64,000 nt of DNA from Candidatus Dormiibacterota bacterium (GTDB lineage: Bacteria > Chloroflexota > Dormibacteria > Aeolococcales > Aeolococcaceae). Location of the stretch: the NCBI GenBank assembly GCA_963709585.1, contig CAVPXI010000004.1, positions 224,001 to 288,000 of the forward strand, read 5' to 3'. Shown here in pieces: positions 1-9,694 of the stretch. How positions within the stretch are numbered: position 1 is the first letter of the stretch; every line of letters starts with the position of its first letter. A model generated the notes under the pieces. The model did no database searches. It was not told where the DNA came from and saw only the letters and a list, made by a program, of their open reading frames with translations. The position numbers were made by a program, and so were the translations under genes.

Positions 1-39
1 CCGGGCACCACGGGGCGCCGTAGACGGTGACCTGGGCCA

Positions 40-546
40 TCAGGTGAGCCGGGTCAGGTCGGCGCTCACGCCGGACAGGGTCCCGAGGAATCGATCGACG
101 ATGTTGCCCTTGGCGTCGACGATGATCACCGTCGGCGGCGCCGCGACGTTGTACTCGGAGGCGATTACTTCGCTCGCGTCGTTGACGCTCGGGTAGGCGA
201 CGTTGTAATGCCGTTCGTAGGCGGCTCCATTGGCGCTGGATTCCTGCTCGTCCACACCGAGGAACAACACGCCTTTCGGCGCCCATTGCGCCCCAAGCGT
301 GTTGAGGTCCGGTTGCTCGGCGTTGCACGGGGCGCACCACGATCCCCAGAAGTCGATGACCACGACGTGCCCGCGCGTCGACGACCAGACGAACGGCGCC
401 CCGGACAGGGTCGGGGCGGTGATCGGCGTCGCCGGGCCGGTCGGCCCGTTGCCCAGGCTCGGCACGGAGGAGAGCTCCTGCTGCAGCCCGCACCCGGCCA
501 CCATCACGGTGCACGCGAATGCGGTCACGAGAATGCGCACGTTCAC
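40..546 (-). CDS. TlpA/ResA-family thioredoxin-like lipoprotein
   Basis: Lipobox VAGC; FWGSWCAPC redox motif; PTVIIVDAKG cis-Pro region. Confidence 0.85.
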   Translation of the reverse strand: MNVRILVTAFACTVMVAGCGLQQELSSVPSLGNGPTGPATPITAPTLSGAPFVWSSTRGHVVVIDFWGSWCAPCNAEQPDLNTLGAQWAPKGVLFLGVDEQESSANGAAYERHYNVAYPSVNDASEVIASEYNVAAPPTVIIVDAKGNIVDRFLGTLSGVSADLTRLT

Positions 547-1370
547 GGCGTGACCGCCATGTCCTCGAGCACGCTGCGTGCCAGGTTCTGGTCACCTTCG
601 ACGATAACTCGCGAGCGGGCACCGGGGTCATCGGATCGTCCGCAGGCGAGCACCGTCAGCGTCGACAGGTCGAGCCGCAGCGTCAACGCCGGCCCCGCGG
701 GAACGGTCGCTGCGGACCGCCCTTGCTCGCCGTCGAACGTGATCGAGCGCAGGGCGCCAGCGGGGCCGATGACGTCGAAGACGATCACCGTTCCGGCGGG
801 CGGTCCGAGGCGCTCCTGGGCTCGATTGCCCACGCCCATCAGCATCCGCTCGCGGCTGTGCGCCGCGGGGAGACCGTCAAGCCCACCGGGCTCATGCAGG
901 GCGCGGCGGATATCCTGCTCGTGAGCCCAGAGATCGAACACCCGGATGGCAAGCAGCGAACGCATCCTGGCCTCACCGAAGAGTCCACGACCCATCTCGT
1001 CGAGCTGCAAGTCCTCGAGGGTCGCCAGACGGGCCATCCGCTCCGCCGTGACGTCGCGATATTCGGCGAGCAGGTCCGCCAGGGGGACGCCACGCCGGGC
1101 GTCGACACCAACCTCCATGAACACCCCGGGTTTGCTTCGAATGTACGGGAGGCCGTCGGGCACGATGTGTTCGGCGCGCGCCCGCCCGACCAGGATGCTT
1201 TCGAGATCGGTGATGTGGGCGACATGGTCGCGCACCGTCCAGCCGGGACACCCGGTGGCGCGCATCGCCCGCTGGTCGTCGAGCGCTTCAGCCAGCTCGC
1301 CGACGTTCGAGAAGATCTCGGCGTAGGCGGTGCGGAAGCCATCCGCGGAGCTGATGTTCCCGCTCTCCAT
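543..1370 (-). CDS. Maleylpyruvate isomerase (MDMPI/DinB-like) family protein
   Basis: TGCPGWTVRDHVAH and DLWAHEQDIRRAL motifs; ATG at 1370 preceded by TAGGCT. Confidence 0.85.
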   Translation of the reverse strand: MESGNISSADGFRTAYAEIFSNVGELAEALDDQRAMRATGCPGWTVRDHVAHITDLESILVGRARAEHIVPDGLPYIRSKPGVFMEVGVDARRGVPLADLLAEYRDVTAERMARLATLEDLQLDEMGRGLFGEARMRSLLAIRVFDLWAHEQDIRRALHEPGGLDGLPAAHSRERMLMGVGNRAQERLGPPAGTVIVFDVIGPAGALRSITFDGEQGRSAATVPAGPALTLRLDLSTLTVLACGRSDDPGARSRVIVEGDQNLARSVLEDMAVTP

Positions 1371-1443
1371 CGACGTGCAGCCTAGCGCGTCGCCACAATC
1401 AATCGCGATGCGACCAGGTGCAGATTCCGGCGGCGCGGCCGGA

Positions 1444-2145
1444 ATGACCGCCGTCAACTCGTCGGGGTTTCCGGCTCCGGCGGGCGTCTACGCCGTCCCG
1501 GTCGTGCTTGCGCCACTGTCGGGGCGGCTCCACGTGCTGCTCGTGCAGCGCGCGGAGGCGCCGTTCGCGGGGACGTGGGTGCTCCCCGGTGGCTTCATGA
1601 GCCCGAGCGAGCGGCCCGAGGAGACCGCCCAGCGCAAGCTCACCGAGAAGACCGGGGTGGGCGCCGTGTACCTTGAGCAGCTGGAGACGTACGGCGACCC
1701 ACAGCGCGACCCGCGTGGCTGGATTCCCACGGTCGCGTACCTGGCCCTCATCGACGCGGCGGTGCTGCGGGCCGACAAGTCCAGCGCGAGGTGGGAACCG
1801 GTCGACGCGCTCCCGCCGCTGGGGTTCGACCACGCGCGCATTGTCGTCGACGCCGTGGAACGGTTGCGCGGCAAGCTCTGGTGGTCGAACATCGCCGTCG
1901 GGCTGCTCCCGGAGCGTTTCACCATGCCCCAGGCCAGACACGTGTTCGAGGCGATCAGCGGTGTGACGTACGAACCGTCGAACTTCCGGCGCGAGCTGGA
2001 GCAGTCCGGGCTGGTGCGAGCGACCGGCTCGCTCGCCAAAGGTGGTCCTGGACGCCCAGCTGCGATGTACGAGTTCGTCGAGCGACAACCGGCATGGAGC
2101 CTGCGCCGCTCGCGTCCGCCGGCGATGGTGCGACGCCGAGTGTGA
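1444..2145 (+). CDS. NrtR-type NUDIX/winged-helix regulator
   Basis: WVLPGGF, YLEQLETYGDPQRDPRG, LGFDH, NFRR, GRPAAMY motifs. Confidence 0.85.
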   Translation: MTAVNSSGFPAPAGVYAVPVVLAPLSGRLHVLLVQRAEAPFAGTWVLPGGFMSPSERPEETAQRKLTEKTGVGAVYLEQLETYGDPQRDPRGWIPTVAYLALIDAAVLRADKSSARWEPVDALPPLGFDHARIVVDAVERLRGKLWWSNIAVGLLPERFTMPQARHVFEAISGVTYEPSNFRRELEQSGLVRATGSLAKGGPGRPAAMYEFVERQPAWSLRRSRPPAMVRRRV

Positions 2146-2243
2146 CCCGCGGCAGCCCGGCTTCACTCAAAACCACGCGCATCGTTCACGATTCCGGCAA
2201 TCGGGCGCCCACCTCCGAGTGCCCTCCGTGAGGAGACCTGACG

Positions 2244-2759
2244 ATGACAGACCAACCCATGCGGCCCATACCGATTCCCAGGGTGGAAGAGCTGTTCACG
2301 CACATTCCGCATCCGCGCATCGCGCAGCGCAAGCACGAGAAGCCGGTGAAAGTCGACGACGGGCGTGTTGGGGTCAACGGCAAGGTCGCGCTGATCATCA
2401 CCGCGGTGGTCGGGACGATGTGGTGCGCCTACATCTTTACGTTGATCGCGTTGATCTCGCTACCGTCGGCGATCTCCAGCGGGCAGGCGATCGTGATCGT
2501 GGCCTGGATCGCGCAGACGTTCATCCAATTGGTATTGCTGCCGATCATCATCGTCGGACAGAACATCCAGGGCAAAGCGGCTGACAAGCGCTCCGAGCAG
2601 ACGTACGCGGATGCCGAGGCGATCCTCAGCGAGTGCCTGCAACTTCAGGCGCATCTCCAGGCGCAGGACACGGTGCTCGACAACGTCGTCGCGCACGTGA
2701 AGGAGCATCACGTGGAGTTGCAGAAGCTCTCCGCGAGAGTTGGACCCGCGCCCGCATAG
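2244..2759 (+). CDS. DUF1003-like membrane protein
   Basis: VGTMWCAYIF and FIQLVLLPIIIVGQN hydrophobic segments; GAGGAG RBS. Confidence 0.7.
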   Translation: MTDQPMRPIPIPRVEELFTHIPHPRIAQRKHEKPVKVDDGRVGVNGKVALIITAVVGTMWCAYIFTLIALISLPSAISSGQAIVIVAWIAQTFIQLVLLPIIIVGQNIQGKAADKRSEQTYADAEAILSECLQLQAHLQAQDTVLDNVVAHVKEHHVELQKLSARVGPAPA

Positions 2760-2866
2760 GCGCGGGCCGGCGCCCGGGCCTGAGCCATCATCGTGCGTCG
2801 CGGGGGTGTCTCCGGCATCTAGCGTTCTGGTGTGCCGTCTGCCCATATCAGCACACCCGTGCGGCG

Positions 2867-3880
2867 GTGACCGTGATGACGTGCGCGCTCGGTCCGGACG
2901 CAGCGGGCACGGTGCTCATGCAGGTCCTGCGCGGTGCGCGTCGCAGCATCGACGGGGCGATCTACGAGGTCGGGCCGTCGTACCGGTGGGCGCTGGTCCG
3001 GGCGGCGGAGCGTGGGCTGCGGGTCCGCCTGGTGCTCGACGCGCATATCTCTGACGGCAATGGCGCGACCGCGCGGGCGCTGATCGCCGCCGGCGGCGAG
3101 TGTCGCGTGGCCGGACTGGGAGTGGACGCGGCGCATGGAAAGCTGCTGGTCGTGGACTCGACGGTGGCCGTCGGGACCGGGAACCTGATCTGGCGGGACG
3201 CCCCGCGAGAACGCCACAGTGGCTCGCTTCTTGCCGGGACGCGTGAGTGGTGGGTGACGGCAGCCGGGTCGCGGCGGCTGCATTGCGCCGCCGCCGAGGC
3301 GTTCCATGCTCACTGGACCACGGCCACGGCGCCTCCGCCGGCGTGGGGCGCGGCCCCACAGCGGGTGGCGCCCCCGATCGGCACGCCGATGCCCCAGTTT
3401 GCGCCGAGGACCCTCTGCGTGGCGTCGCGCCGGCTTCGCCTGATCATTGGAGGAGCCGAGGTCGGGCGGACGTTGCGGGCGATGATCATCGCCGCCCGCC
3501 GGCGGGTGCTGGTGACCGTCCCGTACGCGCATCCGAGTGCCCTGCCGGTTCGCGACCTGCTCGATCGGATGACCGAGGCATCGTCACGCGGGGTCGCCTG
3601 CGCACTCCTGCTCGGCGGCATTCCTGACCCGAACGATGCCCACGCGCTGACCGCATTGCCGTTCCCGGTACGCCGGATGGACCCGGCTCGCTCCACGTCG
3701 GGCCATGCCAAGGGCATGGTCGCGGACGCCTCGGCGCTCGTCTCCTCGGCGAATTGGAGCGCATCTGGCCTGGGTGGCAACTGGGAGGCAGCGCTGCGCA
3801 TCGACCACCCCGGCGCGGCCGCATACTACGCCGCCGCCTGGCGTCGCGATTGGGAGACAGGTCTCCGGATCGAGGTTTGA
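2867..3880 (+). CDS. Phospholipase D superfamily protein with two HKD motifs (start uncertain)
   Basis: HGKLLVVD...GTGN and HAKGMVAD...SSANWS...NWE. Confidence 0.8.
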   Translation: MTVMTCALGPDAAGTVLMQVLRGARRSIDGAIYEVGPSYRWALVRAAERGLRVRLVLDAHISDGNGATARALIAAGGECRVAGLGVDAAHGKLLVVDSTVAVGTGNLIWRDAPRERHSGSLLAGTREWWVTAAGSRRLHCAAAEAFHAHWTTATAPPPAWGAAPQRVAPPIGTPMPQFAPRTLCVASRRLRLIIGGAEVGRTLRAMIIAARRRVLVTVPYAHPSALPVRDLLDRMTEASSRGVACALLLGGIPDPNDAHALTALPFPVRRMDPARSTSGHAKGMVADASALVSSANWSASGLGGNWEAALRIDHPGAAAYYAAAWRRDWETGLRIEV

Positions 3881-3909
3881 CGCCGGAAAGGCCCGGCTAT
3901 TCTGTTCGG

Positions 3910-6573
3910 ATGCCCGACGTCGAGCCACCGGGGCCCTCCGACCCCGCTCCGGCCGCTCCCGGACCCGCTTCGCTGACGCTCCCGGCGGTCCCGCTCCGGG
4001 ACAACGTCGTCTTTCCTTCGCAACTTGCGCCGCTCGCCGCTGGCCGGCCTCGTTCGGTCGCCGCCCTCGAGGCTGCCGTGAACGGAGACGGGCGTGTAGT
4101 CCTGGCGATCCAGCGCGATGCCGAGCGTGACGAAGCCTCGATCGACGACGTGCATACGATCGCCGTCATCGCCCATGTCGGCGCATTCCGGCGGCTGCCG
4201 GGCGGCGGCGCCCACGCGCTCGTCGAAGGCAAGGAGCGCGTGCGCATCGATGCCTTCGACGCCTCGGGTGACGCCTGGATCGCGACGGTCACGCCGATCC
4301 CGATCGAGACCGTCGAAGGCACCGAGGTGGACGCGCTCTTCGGGTCGGTCCGCACGCTCTTCGCCGAATACGTCAACGCGGGCGCTCAAGTCGGCGCCGA
4401 TACCGCGGTCGCGATGGCCCGCGCCTCCCAGCCCGAGTTGATCGCCGACATTGCCAGCACGTGTCCCGATTTCGGATTCGACGATCGCGTCGCCCTGCTG
4501 CAGGAGACCGACACGATCGCGCGCCTGCGCAAGCTCATCCCGCTGCTCGCGCGCGAAGTCGAGGTCGCGCAACTGCGCACCAAGATTCACGAGGACGTCC
4601 AGAAGACGATCAACAACTCGCAGCGCGAGCACATCCTTCGCGAGCAGTTGCGCGCCATCCGCAAGGAGCTCTCCGAGCTTGACGACGCCGGCGAGGACGA
4701 CGAAGACCTGAGCGCGCGTGTCGAAAAAGCGGGCATGCCCGACAACGTCAAACAGCGCGTCCTCAAGGAAGTCCATCGCCTCGAGCAGATCCCGAGCGCC
4801 TCACCCGAAATGGGCATGGTCCGCACCTGGGTGGACTGGCTCCTCGACCTCCCCTGGTCCGACCCACCTGCCGAGACACTCGACATCGAACGCGCCGCCG
4901 CGATCCTCGACGAAGACCACTACGGCCTGACGAAAGTCAAGGACCGCATCCTCGAATGGCTCGCCGTCCGCGAACGCATCCGAGCCAAGAGCCTCGCCGA
5001 GCTCGCGGCAGCAGAGGCAGCGAAAGCAGAGTCAGAGAGTGCAGCTCCGGTTGAAGCGGGCGTTGCCAGCGAAGACGCCGCCCAGGAGGCGGAGGAAGGC
5101 GCGACCATCGGAACCGCTCCGACAGGACCCGCCGCACTCGTGCCCGCGCCCTCAGGACAAGCCGCACTCAACACAGCTCCCAAAAGGCGCACCTTGCAGA
5201 CCCCGATCCTGTGTTTTGTCGGTCCGCCAGGCGTCGGCAAGACGTCGCTCGGCCGCAGTATCGCAAGAGCACTCGACCGCAAGTTCGTGCGCATGAGCCT
5301 TGGCGGCATCCGCGATGAGGCCGAAATTCGAGGCCATCGTCGCACGTACATCGGAGCATTGCCGGGACGGATCATCCAGTCGATGCGCACGGCCGGGACG
5401 CGCAACGCGGTCATAATGCTCGACGAGATCGACAAGGTGGGCGCCGACTTTCGAGGGGATCCGTCGGCGGCATTGCTCGAGGTGCTCGATCCGGAACAGA
5501 ACTGGGAATTCAGCGACCATTATCTCGAGGTCCCGTATGACCTCTCGCAGGTGCTGTTCATCACCACCGCGAACATCGCCGAGACCATCAGCCCACCGCT
5601 TCGCGACCGGATGGAGATCATCCGCATCACCGGATACACCGAGCAGGAGAAGGTCCAGATCGCGGAGCGCCATCTTGTTCCCCGACAGCTCGATCAGCAT
5701 TCGCTCGACGCGAATGAGCTGACGATTCCACGCGACACCATCATCGCGATGCTCCATGGATACACGCGCGAAGCCGGTGTCCGTCAACTCGACCGCACCA
5801 TCGCCGAGGTCGCGCGCAAAGTGCCGCGCAAGCTCGCTGCCGGTGCGACGCCTCCCGTGGTCATCACCCCCGAGGACCTGTCCGACCTTCTCGGTCCCCG
5901 GCGGCACGACTACGGCGAGGCGCAGGAACAGGATGAGATCGGTGCGGTCACCGGGGTCGTGGTCAGCGAGGTGGGCGGCGACATCATCACCGTCGAGGCG
6001 CTTGCGATCGAGACCAAGCCGGACCTGGTGCTGACCGGGCAACTCGGCAGCGTCATGGAGGAATCCGCCCGCGCCGCACTGTCGTGGGCGAAGGTGCATG
6101 CGGTCGAATACGGCGCGCCGCGAGATTTCTTTGACACCCATGCGATCCACGTGCACGTCCCCGCCGGTGCGATCCCCAAGGATGGTCCGTCGGCAGGAGT
6201 GACCATGGCGACGGCGATGGTGTCGGTGGCGTCCGGCCGCCGGGTGCGGCGCGACCTCGCGATGACCGGCGAAGTCACCTTGCGCGGCAAGGTGCTGCCC
6301 ATCGGCGGTGTCAAGGACAAGCTGCTCGCGGCGCATCGCTCCGGATTGAAGACGTTCATCCTGCCCGCCAAGAACGTGCGCGACCTGTACGAAGTTGACA
6401 AGGAGATCCTCGACGCGATCGTCGTGGTGCCGGTCGATAACGTGGGCGAGGTGCTCGACCGCGCCCTGGTCGAGTCGGACGCGCCGCGCCGGCGCGAACG
6501 TAGGGGTGCGGGATTCGTGCTCCCGATCACCGCTGCTGACGTCATAGGCCCGATCAACGCCGGCCCCGCCTAG
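3910..6573 (+). CDS. lon: ATP-dependent Lon protease
   Basis: LON N-domain, GPPGVGKTS Walker A, IRGHRRTYIG, PKDGPSAG catalytic Ser. Confidence 0.97.
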   Translation: MPDVEPPGPSDPAPAAPGPASLTLPAVPLRDNVVFPSQLAPLAAGRPRSVAALEAAVNGDGRVVLAIQRDAERDEASIDDVHTIAVIAHVGAFRRLPGGGAHALVEGKERVRIDAFDASGDAWIATVTPIPIETVEGTEVDALFGSVRTLFAEYVNAGAQVGADTAVAMARASQPELIADIASTCPDFGFDDRVALLQETDTIARLRKLIPLLAREVEVAQLRTKIHEDVQKTINNSQREHILREQLRAIRKELSELDDAGEDDEDLSARVEKAGMPDNVKQRVLKEVHRLEQIPSASPEMGMVRTWVDWLLDLPWSDPPAETLDIERAAAILDEDHYGLTKVKDRILEWLAVRERIRAKSLAELAAAEAAKAESESAAPVEAGVASEDAAQEAEEGATIGTAPTGPAALVPAPSGQAALNTAPKRRTLQTPILCFVGPPGVGKTSLGRSIARALDRKFVRMSLGGIRDEAEIRGHRRTYIGALPGRIIQSMRTAGTRNAVIMLDEIDKVGADFRGDPSAALLEVLDPEQNWEFSDHYLEVPYDLSQVLFITTANIAETISPPLRDRMEIIRITGYTEQEKVQIAERHLVPRQLDQHSLDANELTIPRDTIIAMLHGYTREAGVRQLDRTIAEVARKVPRKLAAGATPPVVITPEDLSDLLGPRRHDYGEAQEQDEIGAVTGVVVSEVGGDIITVEALAIETKPDLVLTGQLGSVMEESARAALSWAKVHAVEYGAPRDFFDTHAIHVHVPAGAIPKDGPSAGVTMATAMVSVASGRRVRRDLAMTGEVTLRGKVLPIGGVKDKLLAAHRSGLKTFILPAKNVRDLYEVDKEILDAIVVVPVDNVGEVLDRALVESDAPRRRERRGAGFVLPITAADVIGPINAGPA

Positions 6574-6583
6574 TCTTTCGGTC

Positions 6584-7237
6584 GTGACCGACACGCTCCG
6601 CGACCTCGTCGAACTGGCAATCGTCGTCGATCCCACGTTCGATCAGAACTGCTACGTGCTGCGCCGGCGCGACACCACCGACGTGCTGATCGTCGACCCC
6701 GGATTGCAGCATCCGCAGGCACTCGCGCTGCTCGAGCAGGGTGGATTGCGCTGTGATCGGATCCTGCTCACCCATGGTCATCCCGACCACGTGAGTGGGG
6801 TCCCGGCCGTCAAGGCCGCCTTCGGATGCGCGGCCGCGATCCATCCCGATGATCGCGAACAACTCGAGGCGGTGCATTATCTTCCCGGCGTTCCCGATGA
6901 CCTTCCCGATGTGGTCTGCGAGGAAGATCTGAAGGACGGCGAGCTGCTTCGCTGGCACGGCCTCGACATCGAGGTGGTGCACACGCCGGGTCACACGCGC
7001 GGCTCGGTGTGCTTCCGCATCGGACCGGATCTGCTCTCTGGCGACACGCTCTTCAACCGGGGTGTCGGTCGCTGCGATCTGCCCGGCGGGTCGTGGCCCG
7101 CACTCGTCTTTTCGATCGAGCAGCGCATCTACACGCTGCCTCCCGAGACGGTCGTCTACCCCGGGCACGGCCAGCGGACCACGGTGGAGGAGGAGATGCA
7201 CGCCAACCCGTTTGTGGTGCATCCGCGATACCGCTGA
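6584..7237 (+). CDS. MBL-fold metallo-hydrolase (glyoxalase II/YcbL-like)
   Basis: THGHPDH, TPGHT, SGDTLF, YPGHG. Confidence 0.9.
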   Translation: MTDTLRDLVELAIVVDPTFDQNCYVLRRRDTTDVLIVDPGLQHPQALALLEQGGLRCDRILLTHGHPDHVSGVPAVKAAFGCAAAIHPDDREQLEAVHYLPGVPDDLPDVVCEEDLKDGELLRWHGLDIEVVHTPGHTRGSVCFRIGPDLLSGDTLFNRGVGRCDLPGGSWPALVFSIEQRIYTLPPETVVYPGHGQRTTVEEEMHANPFVVHPRYR

Positions 7238-7274
7238 TCCCGGGAGCGTGTGCTACGGTGATCGAGAGGGGGCG

Positions 7275-7907
7275 ATGAGAATGAGCTACATCATGCGTGC
7301 AACACTGGCGATCGGCGCCTGCGCGGTCATGGGCGCGACCGCCGGATGCGGCGGCGATGCAACGATCGCAAACAAGATATCGGACCCCGCCGCCGGACTC
7401 CCGTCGGTATCGGCTTCGCCCTCCGTCTGTGCCAATCCTCAGGTCACCTCCGCGACGTCTCCAGTCACCCGGCTCGCGCTCACTGTCAGCGATCTTCCCG
7501 CCGGTGGACCGCCGCTGGAGCAGATCAGCGACGGTGAGATGAACAAGACGGCGAATACCGATCAACGTGGATTTGCAAATACCGGCAACACCTATCGCGT
7601 CGAGGATGACGTCGTGCTCGACACCTCGACGCAGGCGGCGGGCGCGGACTATCCGCAGTTGCGCGATGCGGTGAAGGCGCAGTTTGCGACGCTCACGAGC
7701 ACATCGTCGCCGGCGACGCTCGGCTGTCAGGCCGATGAGTTCGTGGGCAAGGCATCGACCGGCTACAGCCAGGTCGGCATGGCGTTTCAGGACGGCGATG
7801 TCATCGTTGTGGTTCTGGTGGTCAACTCCGCGGGTCCGGTCGATGCGGCGTTCGCCTCGGCGGTCGCATTGGCGCAGGATCAAAAGATCGTCGCTACGGC
7901 GACCTGA
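7275..7907 (+). CDS. Hypothetical lipoprotein
   Basis: Signal peptide with TAGC lipobox; GAGGGG RBS. Confidence 0.65.
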   Translation: MRMSYIMRATLAIGACAVMGATAGCGGDATIANKISDPAAGLPSVSASPSVCANPQVTSATSPVTRLALTVSDLPAGGPPLEQISDGEMNKTANTDQRGFANTGNTYRVEDDVVLDTSTQAAGADYPQLRDAVKAQFATLTSTSSPATLGCQADEFVGKASTGYSQVGMAFQDGDVIVVVLVVNSAGPVDAAFASAVALAQDQKIVATAT

Positions 7908-7910
7908 CCG

Positions 7911-8492
7911 TCAGTCGGTCCTCCCCAGGCGCTCCAGGAGCTCGTGCAGGATCGCGCCGGTGACGCCCCAGATGACGCGACCCGACGCCTCGTAGTAGTG
8001 CACCCGGCCGCGCATGCCGTTGCGTTCTATCTCTCGAACGGTGTGCGGCGCCGTCATGAGGTCGGCGATATCGATGCGAAACCATTCCGCGATCTCGAAG
8101 TCGTCCGTTCGCAACTCGATCGGACCGCGCTGCAGCCCGACGACGGGCGTGAGCCAGCGACCGGATACCACCGTCGAGAAGGGGGAGAGGACGCCGAGAA
8201 CCTCGACGCGGTCGGGTTGGATGCCCAGCTCCTCCTCGGCTTCGCGCAGTGCTGTGGCGATCACGCCGACATCGACCATCTCAGTGCCGCCACCCGGGAA
8301 CGCGATCTGACCGGGGTGGTGGCGAAGCTCCTCGGAGCGGAGCACGAAGAGCAGCGGCACCCCGGGTGTTGCCGGATCGCACAGGAGCAACACCAACGCC
8401 GGCCGAAGGCCGTCAGGCGCGATGTCCACCAGCTCGCGCGGATCGCGGACCGCCCTGCGGAGTCGATCGATGATCGACGCTGCGGTTGTCAT
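7911..8492 (-). CDS. NUDIX CoA pyrophosphatase (NudL-like)
   Basis: HPGQIAFPGG, ALREAEEELG, IWGVTG. Confidence 0.9.
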   Translation of the reverse strand: MTTAASIIDRLRRAVRDPRELVDIAPDGLRPALVLLLCDPATPGVPLLFVLRSEELRHHPGQIAFPGGGTEMVDVGVIATALREAEEELGIQPDRVEVLGVLSPFSTVVSGRWLTPVVGLQRGPIELRTDDFEIAEWFRIDIADLMTAPHTVREIERNGMRGRVHYYEASGRVIWGVTGAILHELLERLGRTD

Positions 8493-8542
8493 CGGGCGAC
8501 CCTGCAGCCTGCGCACCGGGTCGAGGCCGTACGCTTGGGCCG

Positions 8543-8833
8543 ATGAGCGCCGCAACGCCTGCTGAGACAAAGCCTCGACGACGCTGTGCGAAATGTGGTG
8601 GCGAGTTGCGCTTCTCGCACCGCGAGTACGCCGGCCGGGGAACGGCGGCCGCGGTCCTGCGTTGTGCCGCATGCGGTGACGTGATCCATGACGCAGCGCG
8701 TGAAACCGTCCAGGCGCCGCAACGCCATACGTCGAAACGTCATCGCGATCTGGACGAGGGCCCTCCTCCGAACCCGGTCATCGATCCGGAGCTTGCCGCG
8801 CGGCTGCTGGAATCGAGCGGCGATCCCGGCTGA
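8543..8833 (+). CDS. Small zinc-ribbon-like hypothetical protein
   Basis: CAKC...CAAC; TACGCT -10 lies 7 nt before the ATG. Confidence 0.6.
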   Translation: MSAATPAETKPRRRCAKCGGELRFSHREYAGRGTAAAVLRCAACGDVIHDAARETVQAPQRHTSKRHRDLDEGPPPNPVIDPELAARLLESSGDPG

Positions 8834-8834
8834 T

Positions 8835-9641
8835 TCATCGTCCCGCGGTCGCGGTCGCGCGCCCCGCCGGTGCGAAGCGCTCGAACCACTGCAGAACCTG
8901 GGCATTGACGGTGTCGCGGTCGACATCGACGGAGATCGCGTGGCCGCTTCGCGGCAGCATCGTCAGCTCCACCGCAGCGCTGCCGATCAGCCTTCGCGCG
9001 ATCTCTCGCGCGCAGCGCGGATCGATGGATCGATCCCGTTCGCCATGCAGGACCAGCACCGGGGCGCGGATCTCGGCGAGCTGGTTGCGGACTGCGGCGC
9101 ACAGGCGGCGGAGCTCGTCGATGCTCCGCGTGGGACGGAGGCCGTAGCTGTACAGCTCCTCGACCGCGTCGGGGTGCCAGAGGTCGACGTCGTCGCCCGC
9201 GCGGTGCCAGCGCACCACCCGTTTGATCACCGGCAGCAACGGCGCAAGCGGCCCGCTCAACCAGATCGGCGCCGCCAGCGACGCGACCGCGCGGACGCGC
9301 AGATCGCGCGCGGCGAGGTGAAGCGCGAGCGTCGCACCCATCGACTGGCCTGCAACCACAACGGCGTCGCACTCGGAGGCGAGGTCGTCGAACGCCGCCG
9401 CGACACTCGCCGCCCAGTCCTGCCAGCGCGTCCCCTCGAGATCTTGCGGGGTTGTGCCGTGACCCGGGAGCACCGGTGCGTGGCACGTGAATCCGTGTGC
9501 GGCGAGCGTCTCGCCGAGGCGGCGCAACTCGGGCGGGGTACCCGCGAACCCATGGATCAGCAGCGCGCCCCGAGGGCCATCACCGAGGTGCCACGGCCGG
9601 ACGGCGTCAGGGTCGAAAGGCGCGAGCGTGCGGGCGGTCAT
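8835..9641 (-). CDS. Alpha/beta carboxylesterase (YvaK/Est30-like)
   Basis: LIHGFAG, LPGHG, GQSMG nucleophile, SGH. Confidence 0.9.
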   Translation of the reverse strand: MTARTLAPFDPDAVRPWHLGDGPRGALLIHGFAGTPPELRRLGETLAAHGFTCHAPVLPGHGTTPQDLEGTRWQDWAASVAAAFDDLASECDAVVVAGQSMGATLALHLAARDLRVRAVASLAAPIWLSGPLAPLLPVIKRVVRWHRAGDDVDLWHPDAVEELYSYGLRPTRSIDELRRLCAAVRNQLAEIRAPVLVLHGERDRSIDPRCAREIARRLIGSAAVELTMLPRSGHAISVDVDRDTVNAQVLQWFERFAPAGRATATAGR

Positions 9642-9694
9642 GACTTCGAGTATATGGATCGCCCTCGCGAGCCTCGGTGCTACCGTCGCCCGCC

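Noticed and set aside
4981-5199. Intein in Lon
   Set aside because: No Cys/Ser start with His-Asn end; low-complexity sequence.
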